Source: a virus
Lineage: Duplodnaviria; Caudoviricetes
Reading direction: 5' to 3' (one strand)
Virus record (IMG/VR): IMGVR_UViG_3300010334_000190
Coordinates: 1 to 30,213 of that record
DNA length: 30,213 bases
Of this stretch, positions 15,811 through 25,158 are shown piece after piece. The position numbers and the translations under genes are program-made. The number at the start of each line of letters is the position of its first letter. Position 1 is the first letter of the stretch. Under the pieces are notes generated by a model. It was given only the letters and a program-made list of their open reading frames with translations. It was not told where the DNA came from and did not search any database.

Positions 15811-16629
15811 CTAGTTTCTGCCGAGCATGTTCCGCCACTTCTCGTTTGCCTTGCGGACTTCAGCATCCACTCGCTTTGATCCTGCCATAAACGGACGGGC
15901 CGGATATCGGGCCATACGGGTGATGCTTGTCTTCTCCCAGTTGCGGCTAAACCGGAATCCACCCTTGTTAGTGACCCATTGCAGAGCACCGTATTGGTAC
16001 TGGTTCTTCTGTGGACCGCCGCTGCCTTTTTTGAACCGCCCCTTACTGTCTCTTCCGCCTCCTCCTGACTGATTCCGCAAATACGCATTTCGGGCAGCAC
16101 CGACCCCAATGCGATACGCCGTCTCTTTGACCACGCCGCCGAACTGGTGCAGCTGCGTCAGCCAAGGCTTCGTCTTTAGTGTTCCGATCACGGCAGTCAC
16201 GCGAGCCTGATCGTAGAAATACATGATGTCCTTGTAGAACCACCTCTTCGGCGACCAAGACCTGATCGGTTGGCCTGCCGGGCGAGGTGTGCCAGATCCA
16301 TATGCCGTGATGTCGAGGTAGAGTCCACCTGCGAACTCCACAGGCTTTCCGCGTCCCGCTCGCCGCTTTGCAGCACCGCTGATCTTCCCTTTGCCTCGGC
16401 CGATCCCTTCTTTTGCGGCTTGCCGAACGTCCCTTCCAAGCAGAGACAACGCCTTTGCGTTCATTTTGCCGATCATGCGACTGACGCGAGGCTTATCAAA
16501 GAAACTGCCCTTGATGCTCGCCCGCAGCTTGAGCCGCCCAAGCGTGTCTGCAGACATCTCACGGCGATTGCCACCTATCATGCCTGGGCGGATAAATGCC
16601 CGGCTAATGCCAGAGAGCATTGACGGCAT
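15811..16629 (-). CDS. basic neck/tail completion protein
   Basis: Very basic, C-terminal YPARPFM motif typical of HK97 gp10/Mu G-like proteins; position before tube genes. Confidence 0.7.
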   Translation of the reverse strand: MPSMLSGISRAFIRPGMIGGNRREMSADTLGRLKLRASIKGSFFDKPRVSRMIGKMNAKALSLLGRDVRQAAKEGIGRGKGKISGAAKRRAGRGKPVEFAGGLYLDITAYGSGTPRPAGQPIRSWSPKRWFYKDIMYFYDQARVTAVIGTLKTKPWLTQLHQFGGVVKETAYRIGVGAARNAYLRNQSGGGGRDSKGRFKKGSGGPQKNQYQYGALQWVTNKGGFRFSRNWEKTSITRMARYPARPFMAGSKRVDAEVRKANEKWRNMLGRN

Positions 16630-16638
16630 AACAGCCTC

Positions 16639-17100
16639 CTAGGCGGTCGGCAGCACGTTTGACTCAAACACCCGATACGTTGCCGTGATCACGGCCCGCC
16701 AGACGTTCCGCTCAGTCAGTGCGTCGTCAGGATTCAAGTCAATGCTCACGGTCTGCGGACTTGTCACTCCTGCGGGCCAGACGACTGCCTGGCCAAAAGA
16801 GTGAGCTCGCACTTGGAGCATGACGCTGTCCGCCAGGTCAAGCATCGCGTCAACGTCCGAGTCAGTCTGGACGTGCCTGCCAACGAACACTGTGACCGTG
16901 TAGTCGATCTGCATCATCTGCCGGCTGATGCGTGTAACGTCGGCATTGCCTGGCACTACGAACACACGAGGCGATGTCATTGACTCAACGTCTAGGTCAG
17001 TCCAGTTTCTACGCTGGACGACCGTAGACGGAATTGCCCACGTCACGGAGTTGAGCCCAGTGGCAAGTCTGTCGGCGATTGTGCGTAGGGTGTTGCTCAT
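16639..17100 (-). CDS. tail terminator/completion protein
   Basis: 153 aa, position and pattern (P.VFVVP...YTVTVFV...AVITATY). Confidence 0.7.
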   Translation of the reverse strand: MSNTLRTIADRLATGLNSVTWAIPSTVVQRRNWTDLDVESMTSPRVFVVPGNADVTRISRQMMQIDYTVTVFVGRHVQTDSDVDAMLDLADSVMLQVRAHSFGQAVVWPAGVTSPQTVSIDLNPDDALTERNVWRAVITATYRVFESNVLPTA

Positions 17101-17606
17101 GCTGCGGAGATCCTGACGTTTGAGAAAAACTGCGAGTAAGACACCTCGCTTGTAAACCGCAGAACGTCGCCAGTTGTCGCTGAAAAACTTCCAGTAATGT
17201 TGAGCTGCGTTCTGTATACGCCAGTCGTGACTGTGCTCTGATTTGCATTGAACCCGATGGCTTGCCTGACACCGTTCTTCAAAATTGACGAGCCGTATCC
17301 GTTGTCGTCGTCGTCAGAGAAATCCCACTTCACAGATACTGTGCATGAACCGCCAACAGTCCATGTGTAGTGCGAAAGGCCGTTAGCGTCGTCCAGATAG
17401 ACGCCAGTTGACCGCACGAACGGGCTAGCTGTTGTTCCGCTGCCTGAGAATGAGGACGCGTCTCCTGATCCGTTGTCACGTGAAATTGTCAGCAACGCGC
17501 CAGAAGCAACAGGCCACACTTGCGTTGAGCCAAGGTAAATCTTGCTCACGGCACTGCTGCCGAGCTTGTAGTCCGATGGCGTTGCTGTTCCGAGATAAAT
17601 CGGCAC
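17097..17606 (-). CDS. fibre-associated protein
   Basis: N-terminal IYLG...KLGSSAVSKIYLGSTQVW motif typical of the partner gene following fibre proteins. Confidence 0.75.
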   Translation of the reverse strand: MPIYLGTATPSDYKLGSSAVSKIYLGSTQVWPVASGALLTISRDNGSGDASSFSGSGTTASPFVRSTGVYLDDANGLSHYTWTVGGSCTVSVKWDFSDDDDNGYGSSILKNGVRQAIGFNANQSTVTTGVYRTQLNITGSFSATTGDVLRFTSEVSYSQFFSNVRISAA

Positions 17607-17609
17607 GGC

Positions 17610-19997
17610 TCACCCCGAGACTATGTAGAGCGTCGTGGAGGACTTCGTGCCAAGTGCCGTGTATTGGGCCGCAGTCAGCGAGACGATGTTTGTGATCGCG
17701 GCGGCGCCTGTTATTCCAGACGTATTGCTGCGAAGGTCAGTCGAGATCGTGCCAGACGACACAGATAGGCCGCCGCCAACGATTACGCCACCGATCGTGC
17801 TAGATGTTGCAGATGGGAGGCGCGCCGCTGGCAGCGTTCCAGATGTCAACGCGCTGGCGTCCGTTGTCGGTGCTGCAACGCTCAACGTGCCATCTGCCGC
17901 GATGGTGACGTTTGACCCCTGCTTGCAACCACCGAGAACGCTGGCTGTCGCGACAGGCAACGTGTAGCTGCCTCCGCCACCTCCGCTTGCAGAAAGGACG
18001 CCAGACGCAATCGACAAGCCAGATCCGACGATGATCGCTCCAGCAGTGCTTGACGTTGCGATAGGAAGACGAGCCGCCGGCAACGTGCCGGACGAAATGT
18101 TGGCTGCGTTTGTTGCGTCTGTCGTGGCGCTGGCCGAGAGGCCAGAGACAGCCGATGATGCGATGGAGATGGCCGTTGAAGAGGCTGCCGTGAGCCGGCC
18201 AGCCGCGTCTACCGTGAGACTGGCGACTGAAGATGCCGATCCATAACTGCCAGCCGTAACCGCTGTTGCAGGCAGCCGAGCCGCTGGCAACGTCCCAGAT
18301 GTGATATTGCTGGCACTTGTAGTGTCTGTCGTAGCGCTGGCAGCAAGACCCGTGATTGTGCTTGCCGCCTGGCTGCCTGTGTGGTTCGCACGCTGAATCG
18401 CGTAAGCCTTGACAGCTGCGTCAGCAGCTGTCTGCAACGCTGAGACAGGCTTAGAGTCGTCCGAGGTGTTATTGACGGCGGACAGGCCAACGTCGCTTGA
18501 CGTGAGCGTCACGGCACCTGTGCGGCCCGCCACGCTGGTCACTCCAGACGAGCCGGCACTCACGGACAGCGTGCCATCGGTTGTCGTGAAACCGCTTCCA
18601 ATTGTCAGGTTCTTGGCCTCAGTCTGCGGCGTCAGCCCAGACTGGTAGCCCCACGTGCCGTAAAGGCCGGCGGCGTTCTTGGCACGTACTCGAAACTTTC
18701 TCGAAGAATCAAAGTTTCCAGTGCTTGTGCCAGTGACGCCGGATACGAAAGTGGTGTAAGTCGCGCCGCTGTCATACGTCTGCTGCACGTCGTATGCGGC
18801 CGAAGTGCCGGTTGAGCTCGCAGTCCACGACAGCGTGCCGCCGCCGTCCGTGATGCTTGTTGGAGCACCAGGTGCAACCTCAACAGACAACGCGCCTGCA
18901 CCAGTGACAGAAAGGCCGCCACCAACAGACACGCCGCCAACGACGCTTTTCGTAGCCACCGGAACGGTGACGCCAACGGCAGAAACGGCGCTGGCGAAGT
19001 CAGTGATTTGGCTCGCGGTATGGGTGTGCGAGGTGCTGGCCTTGCCAGAGAGTGCCGACGACAGAGCGGCCTGAGCTCGAGCATCCGTGAAATAGAGGTT
19101 TGTGCTGCCTTCTGTGACGCTGTCCGTTGAGCCTGGCGAGGGCGAAATCTCAACATATCCAGAGCCGCTCCACCGCCACAGCTTCTTTGTGTCGAGTGCC
19201 ACGTAGAGCTTGCCGCTCTCGCCAGTTGCAGGCAGCGACGAATAGCCGGCCACCTCAACAACGTCGTCAACGTAGCTCGGCAGCTGGCTGGAAGGCACGG
19301 TGCCGCCGACCAGCGTGGCATACGTGCCACTAGCCTGCTTTGAATCAAGCGCGGTCTGTAGCCCAGTCACGTCGGCAACTGCGTGCGAATGGGCAGCCGG
19401 GCTGAAGGTGGACGGAACGCCGGAGAGGCTGCTGTAGGCGATTGTCGGCGTGGCGTGGACATGGTCAGCACGCGCCGCCGTTGTCGCCGAACCGGCCGAT
19501 GCTGTGCCAAGCGGCCGAGGAGTCTCGTCTGCAAGCGGAACAGATCCCGCCGGGCCAGTCGCGCCGGTGGCGCCAGTGGCACCAGTAGCGCCTGTGTCGC
19601 CCTTCTGCAAAACCAGATTCAGCACTTGGTTGGGAGACGTTCCGGTGATCGTTGCACCAGCCGTGCCGCTCGTCACCGTCCCGATCGTGAGCGTGTTCGC
19701 AGGGCCAGCAGAACCGGTCGGACCAGTCGCTCCGGTCGCGCCAGTGCTGCCCGTGCTTCCCGTGTCGCCTTTTGGCAGCACAAGGCTCAGAGTCTGCGTC
19801 GGCGCCGTTCCGGTAATCGTTGCTGACGCTGTTGTGCCAGCAGCGACAGTACCGATTGAAAGCGTATTCGCAGGCCCAGTTGCGCCGGTCGGACCTCGAG
19901 CACCCGTCTCGGAGATTGTGACGTTGACAACGTCGCCGTTACCGACTGTTGGATTGATCGTGCTGCCGCCAACTACGCTGACAGAGATTTCACTCAT
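17610..19997 (-). CDS. collagen-repeat fibre protein, 795 aa
   Basis: G-X-T triplet runs, VPSSQLPSYVDDVVE module, FN3-like segment, SGTLPAARLP x3, C-terminal LTAAQYTALGTKSSTTLYIV. Confidence 0.85.
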   Translation of the reverse strand: MSEISVSVVGGSTINPTVGNGDVVNVTISETGARGPTGATGPANTLSIGTVAAGTTASATITGTAPTQTLSLVLPKGDTGSTGSTGATGATGPTGSAGPANTLTIGTVTSGTAGATITGTSPNQVLNLVLQKGDTGATGATGATGATGPAGSVPLADETPRPLGTASAGSATTAARADHVHATPTIAYSSLSGVPSTFSPAAHSHAVADVTGLQTALDSKQASGTYATLVGGTVPSSQLPSYVDDVVEVAGYSSLPATGESGKLYVALDTKKLWRWSGSGYVEISPSPGSTDSVTEGSTNLYFTDARAQAALSSALSGKASTSHTHTASQITDFASAVSAVGVTVPVATKSVVGGVSVGGGLSVTGAGALSVEVAPGAPTSITDGGGTLSWTASSTGTSAAYDVQQTYDSGATYTTFVSGVTGTSTGNFDSSRKFRVRAKNAAGLYGTWGYQSGLTPQTEAKNLTIGSGFTTTDGTLSVSAGSSGVTSVAGRTGAVTLTSSDVGLSAVNNTSDDSKPVSALQTAADAAVKAYAIQRANHTGSQAASTITGLAASATTDTTSASNITSGTLPAARLPATAVTAGSYGSASSVASLTVDAAGRLTAASSTAISIASSAVSGLSASATTDATNAANISSGTLPAARLPIATSSTAGAIIVGSGLSIASGVLSASGGGGGSYTLPVATASVLGGCKQGSNVTIAADGTLSVAAPTTDASALTSGTLPAARLPSATSSTIGGVIVGGGLSVSSGTISTDLRSNTSGITGAAAITNIVSLTAAQYTALGTKSSTTLYIVSG

Positions 19998-20374
19998 GCG
20001 CCTGGAGCCCTCGGGATGCAGCTTCCAGCCAAGATCGTCCGAGTCATTGACGTGCTAGGCGTGATCCAGCGGAGATACCAGTAGTATTTGATTCCAGGTG
20101 ACAGCGCAGCCGTTTGCGTTTCCGTGAGTGACCAGATGATTGCGCCTGTGCTTGCAGTCACAACTTGAATCGTGGGGATTGCAGCAGTAGCACCAACAGT
20201 TGTCGTTGTGCCGCCACCACCTCCAGTAAACCCTGCCGAGGACGCGACGTAGACAGACGACTGAAGCGTGTATCCGGTGACGTTGACGCCCAGGTTGATC
20301 GCGACGTTGACCTCGTCGCCAACCACAAAAGTCACGTCAAGCTGGCCGGGCAGTAAGGAGAATGTGTTTGCCAT
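19994..20374 (-). CDS. fibre adaptor (BppU N-terminal-like) protein
   Basis: GD...VTGYTL...GAIIWSLTETQTAAL...YYWYLRW...TRTILAG pattern. Confidence 0.7.
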   Translation of the reverse strand: MANTFSLLPGQLDVTFVVGDEVNVAINLGVNVTGYTLQSSVYVASSAGFTGGGGGTTTTVGATAAIPTIQVVTASTGAIIWSLTETQTAALSPGIKYYWYLRWITPSTSMTRTILAGSCIPRAPGA

Positions 20375-20395
20375 CGGTCGTCACCTCGGCTGGCG

Positions 20396-20435
20396 ATTGT
20401 CGCTGCCAAAAGGCTCAATCAGACCGGCTATGCCC
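20396..20435 (-). promoter_or_regulatory. class I late promoter-like motif
   Basis: GGGCATAGCCGGTCT-N19-GACAAT upstream of the fibre cassette. Confidence 0.6.
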
Positions 20436-20446
20436 GGGCTGGGCTG

Positions 20447-20506
20447 TTATTCATGCCGCTTATACGAACGCTGCGCCAGTACGTTAGTGCCTCGGATTTG
20501 CGTCAT
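20447..20506 (-). pseudogene. 19-aa mini-ORF, possible remnant of a deleted structural gene
   Basis: ATGA-coupled to the upstream stop, with GGTGG SD; MTQIRGTNVLAQRSYKRHE*. Confidence 0.35.
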
Positions 20507-21192
20507 GCCACCACCAGATTGACGGTGCCAGTGATCGGATACGTGGTGCGGTAGATGCCGTAGCTTGCGGCTGCCTGTCCCGAGAACGTGATAATCCGCT
20601 GCGTCGTCTCCCAGGCCGACAATGTCAGGCCGTTGACAGCAAACGTCGGCGTGCCGAAAGACGTAGGCAGGACGACGTACAGATACGCTGTAGCAGCTGC
20701 CACCGTGCGAGACTGTGCCAGAGAGCCTCCAAGGTCGCTGGAGAGGCTGGCGACGATCTGGGCGTCTGTAATCGTTGCCGACGCAAACGAGCCCCAGAAG
20801 CGAGCCCTGAGCGTCGGAGCGACCTGCGAGGACTCCGTTGTGGCAATGGTGTGCACTCGCACGGTCTGCCGGAAGGCGTCGCCGTAATGGAACACAGGCA
20901 CACCACGCGGGGTCGTCACCTCGTAGGTCACGTCCACGCCGTTCACCGTCTCCACGATCTTGTCGTGTCGCAGAGGCTCTCCGAAAGGCAGCGTGCCGGC
21001 CTTGATGACAAAGTCCCGAGACTCCCACATCTCAAGGACTCCGCTTGTGCCTTGCGACTCAAAGCGGCTTGTGCCGACTGTTGCGGTGATCGCGCCGTAG
21101 TTGGTGCCTCGGTAGTAGCGGACAGACCGCGACGCACTCGCCGACAACTGGCCGGCGAGCCATGACGCACCGCTGGCGAGTAGGTCGGACAT
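20503..21192 (-). CDS. head-tail joining protein with extra C-terminal beta domain
   Basis: N-terminal ~115 aa gpFII-like pattern (ESRDF...PLRHDKIVE...TYEV...RVHT); position after DUF2190; GAGGTG SD. Confidence 0.7.
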   Translation of the reverse strand: MSDLLASGASWLAGQLSASASRSVRYYRGTNYGAITATVGTSRFESQGTSGVLEMWESRDFVIKAGTLPFGEPLRHDKIVETVNGVDVTYEVTTPRGVPVFHYGDAFRQTVRVHTIATTESSQVAPTLRARFWGSFASATITDAQIVASLSSDLGGSLAQSRTVAAATAYLYVVLPTSFGTPTFAVNGLTLSAWETTQRIITFSGQAAASYGIYRTTYPITGTVNLVVA

Positions 21193-21207
21193 AGGCACCT
21201 CGAGCTA

Positions 21208-21255
21208 CAAGACCGCCGGCGGCGCGGAAAGGATGACGCGGCCGCCGGCGGCTTG
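21208..21255 (-). terminator. GC-rich intergenic hairpin after DUF2190
   Basis: ccgccggcggc (21213-21223) pairs with gccgccggcgg (21241-21251), extended by caag/cttg; no long U tract. Confidence 0.55.
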
Positions 21256-21269
21256 CAGGTGGGATTGAA

Positions 21270-21593
21270 TCAGCCGATGTTGAGCAGAACCGGCACCACA
21301 GAGTCGCCCGACAAAGCAGCCTCGGCGGCCTTGCCAGCCCGCTTGTTGCCGCTGCTGGTCGTCGTCACGTTGCTGTTGGTGGAGTCCCAGTAAACGATGG
21401 CGCCCTGGCCGATCGCACCGGAAGCCTTCGGCAGCTTAAACACGCCCTCAACAGCCACAGCGCCAAGAGCATTGGCGGCAATGGGGCGAGGAGCCACGGT
21501 CACAAGGTCATTGAGAACAACGACGGCACCGGCAGCCACAGCCGAGCTCGGCGTGTAGTTGACGAGATCGCCGTCCTGGTAGTAATCAGCCAT
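21270..21593 (-). CDS. DUF2190 family capsid cement/decoration protein
   Basis: YYQDGD.VNYTP.SAVAAG.VV...GAVAVEGVFKLPK...G..VYWD; directly after the capsid gene. Confidence 0.88.
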   Translation of the reverse strand: MADYYQDGDLVNYTPSSAVAAGAVVVLNDLVTVAPRPIAANALGAVAVEGVFKLPKASGAIGQGAIVYWDSTNSNVTTTSSGNKRAGKAAEAALSGDSVVPVLLNIG

Positions 21594-21639
21594 GAGGATC
21601 ACCTCTTTCTTTGGAAGTTAGTTTTCGTTTGTGGTCATG

Positions 21640-21671
21640 CCGCCGGGCGGGCTTTGGCTCCCGCCCGGCGG
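21640..21671 (-). terminator. perfect 12-bp GC hairpin after the capsid gene
   Basis: ccgccgggcggg-ctttggct-cccgcccggcgg; followed by A-rich, not U-rich, sequence on the coding strand. Confidence 0.6.
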
Positions 21672-21693
21672 ACACGGTTTGCAGTTGTCAGGC

Positions 21694-23514
21694 TCAGGCA
21701 GTCGCCATTCGGTAGCACGACAGGCTCTCGGACTTGGTCACGCCAAAGTCGAAGAAGCCACGGATCGCCACGCCGAGCAGCTCGTAGTCCGGGGCGACCT
21801 GTTCGATCGTCGGAGCCTGCTGGCCGTTGAGGAAGACCACGTCGAGCGCCGGGAGGTCAACCGAGTCGGCGGCGAGCCACCACGTCGAGGCCGACGTGAG
21901 GTAGTTCGACACGACGACGCGATACCGACCCTGGAGCACGTTCGCGTTGGGCTCCTTGGTCGTGTTGCCCGAGATGAGCAACGCCGAGGTCATGAGCTCC
22001 GCAGCGGTGATCTCCAGTTCCGGCGGAACGAGCAGCACGCGGGGCGCGATGCCCAGCGGATTGCCGTCCGGGTCGTTCAACTTGCGGAAGGCGGTGGTCG
22101 CCGTCTTCAGCGAGGACAACGACAGAGCGTTGCCAGCGGCAGCGGTCGCCGACTGGTAGTAGCTGCTGTTGCTGCTCTGGAACTCGGACCAGATCGCCTC
22201 GTTCATGGCGAGAGCCGCACCACGACCCATGCGCTGCGGGATCCGCGACAACGCGTTGAGGTCGTCGTTGATCATGTCCTGACGGGTCAGCTGGGTGCTG
22301 ATGCCGTAGGTGTCAGCAGCGACCGACCGCCTCGTATCGGAAGCCTGAGCCACCTTGAGCTCGCCGGCGTTGCCGATCTTGCGGAACTTCATGTCTCCGT
22401 TCAGACGCAGCAGGTTGATCGCCTTGAAGTCGTTGACCGACCGGATCGCAGAGACTTCCTGCCACGACGACTCGACGGCGTTGAAACCGTTGAGCAGGAA
22501 CTTGTTCACAAGCGCCGACAGCAGGTTGCTGATGTCGTGCGTCGCAAACGCGGCCTTGATCACCGGCTCGGCATTGCCAGCGGAGATCCGGCTGCTGCCG
22601 GTGTATCCGTTGGCACGAGCGGCCTCAATCAGAACTTCGCCGATCGAGGTCGTCCGCTTCAGCTTGTCGGCGGCTTCCAGCGTGCGAGCGTCGAACGCCT
22701 TGTCAGCATTCGGCAGACCGCCCTGGAGGCAAAGGGCCGCTTCAATGACCTTGTCGTTCTTGACTTCCTCGACCACGTGAACAGCCGGAGCGCGGCTTTC
22801 GCGGGTGGCAATGACCTGCTTCATGTTGTCCATTTCCTTTTGCATGGCTTCGATCTTGGCCTCAAACGCGGACACGTCCGCGCTGGCTTCGACCTTGGGC
22901 TCCACGACGACATTCGCCGTGGCTTCCACCTTGGTCTCAGTGACCTCGGCGGGCGTTTCGTTGGCGGATTCCGCCATGAGTAGCTCCTCTGCCTCTTCGG
23001 CAGCGATGCGGGCCGACGTTGCGTCATCGGCACCCAAGGTCACAAAGGAAACCTCCCGCAACTTGGAGGCTTTGACGATGCGGACTGGACCCATGAAGGT
23101 CTGTCCGTTGACGGCTACGGATTCGCCGGCGGCAACCTTCTGATGCCGCATCACGTCGGCACCAACAGACGCCTGCCACGCGAACCCCTTCTCAGCCAGT
23201 GCAGTCACCTGCCGGGCGAGCTCAGACTCAGCGAGGATCTCGCCCTCAACGTAGAGGCGACCGTTCTCGGCACGGACGCTCGTTGCCTGCCCGAGGATTG
23301 AGCCAAGCGTGTACTCGTGGCCCATGACGATCGGGATGCGCTGGTTGTATTTCATGCCAGCCAGGTCGATGACGATCGGCTCGGCAGACCAGCCCTGCCG
23401 GATCGCAGCGCCGGTATATGCCTCAATGGTGAACTTGCGAGGGGCAGCAGGCATGCCATCGGCAGCAGCTGCGGACACAAATTCAACAGGCGTTTCTAGG
23501 TTCAGCTTGTTCAT
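21694..23514 (-). CDS. prohead protease - major capsid protein fusion
   Basis: N-terminal protease motifs (IPIVMGH, WQASVG, LREVSFV..GAD), acidic linker/scaffold, then capsid (SVNDFK, TYG..LTRQDMINDDLNAL, P..LLVPPELE). Confidence 0.93.
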   Translation of the reverse strand: MNKLNLETPVEFVSAAAADGMPAAPRKFTIEAYTGAAIRQGWSAEPIVIDLAGMKYNQRIPIVMGHEYTLGSILGQATSVRAENGRLYVEGEILAESELARQVTALAEKGFAWQASVGADVMRHQKVAAGESVAVNGQTFMGPVRIVKASKLREVSFVTLGADDATSARIAAEEAEELLMAESANETPAEVTETKVEATANVVVEPKVEASADVSAFEAKIEAMQKEMDNMKQVIATRESRAPAVHVVEEVKNDKVIEAALCLQGGLPNADKAFDARTLEAADKLKRTTSIGEVLIEAARANGYTGSSRISAGNAEPVIKAAFATHDISNLLSALVNKFLLNGFNAVESSWQEVSAIRSVNDFKAINLLRLNGDMKFRKIGNAGELKVAQASDTRRSVAADTYGISTQLTRQDMINDDLNALSRIPQRMGRGAALAMNEAIWSEFQSSNSSYYQSATAAAGNALSLSSLKTATTAFRKLNDPDGNPLGIAPRVLLVPPELEITAAELMTSALLISGNTTKEPNANVLQGRYRVVVSNYLTSASTWWLAADSVDLPALDVVFLNGQQAPTIEQVAPDYELLGVAIRGFFDFGVTKSESLSCYRMATA

Positions 23515-24953
23515 TAGTCTGCTGCGTCCTCTGGTGTTGCGCCGCCGTAGTTGCCATCAGGCTCAAGGTCGATGAACAGGCCGAGCTCCTGCATCAACGC
23601 AATCTCTGCTGCCCGCTGACGTAGCTCGGCTTCCCAGTTCTTGCCTTGCTTGGCGTATTCGTGCGCCAGCGTCGTCGTGTGCGTTCGCAGCCTGGTCTCG
23701 GCAGCGTTGGCTTCCTTGGATGGGTCAACGTGCTCTCTGCCGTCCCAGACCCATACCCAGTTCCACTCGTTGATCGGCGGTAGACCTCGAGGAACGAGGC
23801 CCAGCGGCACGGCTTCGTCAAGCCACATGCGGAGCGTGCGGTCAAGCATTTGCCGCTCTAGCTCATCGCGCAGAACACGCTGATTGGACGCATAGACCTG
23901 GTGGTCCATGCGGCCCGAGGCGTAGTTGTAGGAACTGGAATCTAATGCGGCGACGTTGTATGGAATCTGGAGGCAACGCGCGATCTCGTTGAGGATCTCC
24001 CTCTTGAACATCGCGTAGGTACTGGTCGGCTGCTCGGCCTTCAGCTGCGAGACGTTCCAGCCCTCTGGAAGCGTGACCATCGTTCTCTTCTCAATCGGCA
24101 TCTCTGCGAAGGCATCAACGTCGTCTACTTCTGCGGCAGGCGAGTTGCTGTGCAGGAAAGCCGCAAAGTCAGCAGCGGTCTCTGCTGCAGCCAGGACGGC
24201 ATCGGTGTACCGACGCAGCTGGCCGAAGAGCCGGATTGCGGGAGCCACTTCAGAAACGCCGCGATGCTGCGCAGGTCTCTGGCGAGAGAACCAATGCACA
24301 ACCATCTCGGCTGGGATACGGTTGTACTCAAAGTTGCTCACCTGCCAATTACTGCCAGGGTGGTACTTGAGCACCTTGTACGCGATGACGTTGCCGACAT
24401 CATCAAACTCAAGACCGTCAACGATGGAGCCTTCCGGCGTCGTGTCTGGGATGTAGAGACCGACAGGCGTTGCGACCTGCTCGGCCTCAATGAGCCGGAT
24501 GTCAAGCTGGACGCCATCCAGCTTCGGATTGGTGAAATACATCGCGAACGACTCGCCGTCGATGAGCTTCGACTGACGCATCGTCCGCAGCTTCTCAGCC
24601 AGGTTGACGTGCCACGACCAGTCAAAGAACGCTTGCTCAACAATGCGGTCTGCGTCTTGATCACCCGTGTTGAGTTGCAGTCGCGGCCCGGTGCCGACCA
24701 AGTCGGTTGCCAGCGTCTCGCAGATGCCGGCGAGGTACGAGTTGTTATTTCGCTCATAACGAGCACGGTTCCGCATCGTCCGCCGCACCACAGGCGTCAG
24801 CGCACCGTCAAGAGAGAACCAGTCGGCGTTGGCCCAGTGCCGCCTGTCGTCAATGCTTTCGGCTGCGTCAAACCGTGCGCGGACAAACTTTGACGACGTA
24901 GGCATCTGCCTCGTCGGCTGCGTTCGACCAAACCAGTTTGAAAACAGTCCCAT
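23514..24953 (-). CDS. portal protein, lambda family
   Basis: RNRARYERNNNSY, VGTGP, DGESF, RGVSE.AP, NYASGR, VDPSKE. Confidence 0.95.
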   Translation of the reverse strand: MGLFSNWFGRTQPTRQMPTSSKFVRARFDAAESIDDRRHWANADWFSLDGALTPVVRRTMRNRARYERNNNSYLAGICETLATDLVGTGPRLQLNTGDQDADRIVEQAFFDWSWHVNLAEKLRTMRQSKLIDGESFAMYFTNPKLDGVQLDIRLIEAEQVATPVGLYIPDTTPEGSIVDGLEFDDVGNVIAYKVLKYHPGSNWQVSNFEYNRIPAEMVVHWFSRQRPAQHRGVSEVAPAIRLFGQLRRYTDAVLAAAETAADFAAFLHSNSPAAEVDDVDAFAEMPIEKRTMVTLPEGWNVSQLKAEQPTSTYAMFKREILNEIARCLQIPYNVAALDSSSYNYASGRMDHQVYASNQRVLRDELERQMLDRTLRMWLDEAVPLGLVPRGLPPINEWNWVWVWDGREHVDPSKEANAAETRLRTHTTTLAHEYAKQGKNWEAELRQRAAEIALMQELGLFIDLEPDGNYGGATPEDAAD

Positions 24954-25150
24954 CAGAATGTCCCAGGAGGGAGCAGCTTGTTGAACCGCAAGCCACGAGT
25001 CTTGGACTGCACGGCCGCCTTTGCCGACAGGTACTTGTCGGCCTCAATGATTGAGGCGACATCCTGAGCCTCGACCTCGCCCGCGTCCGTGCGGACACGC
25101 TTCGGGCTTGATGCTGTCTCGGCGATCTTGTCGCGCAGTTCGTCGCTCAT
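24953..25150 (-). CDS. gpW-like head completion protein, 65 aa
   Basis: Small ORF just before the portal (TGATG overlap); start ATG 25150. Confidence 0.7.
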   Translation of the reverse strand: MSDELRDKIAETASSPKRVRTDAGEVEAQDVASIIEADKYLSAKAAVQSKTRGLRFNKLLPPGTF

Positions 25151-25158
25151 AGAGCGTG

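Noticed and set aside
17610-19997. Diversity-generating retroelement or invertible segment in fibre genes
   Set aside because: No reverse transcriptase or invertase, and no adenine-specific TR/VR pair noticed; repeats are protein-level
21631-22983. 450-aa plus-strand ORF antisense to the capsid gene
   Set aside because: Shadow ORF expected from strong GC3 codon bias of a highly expressed gene; no recognisable motifs
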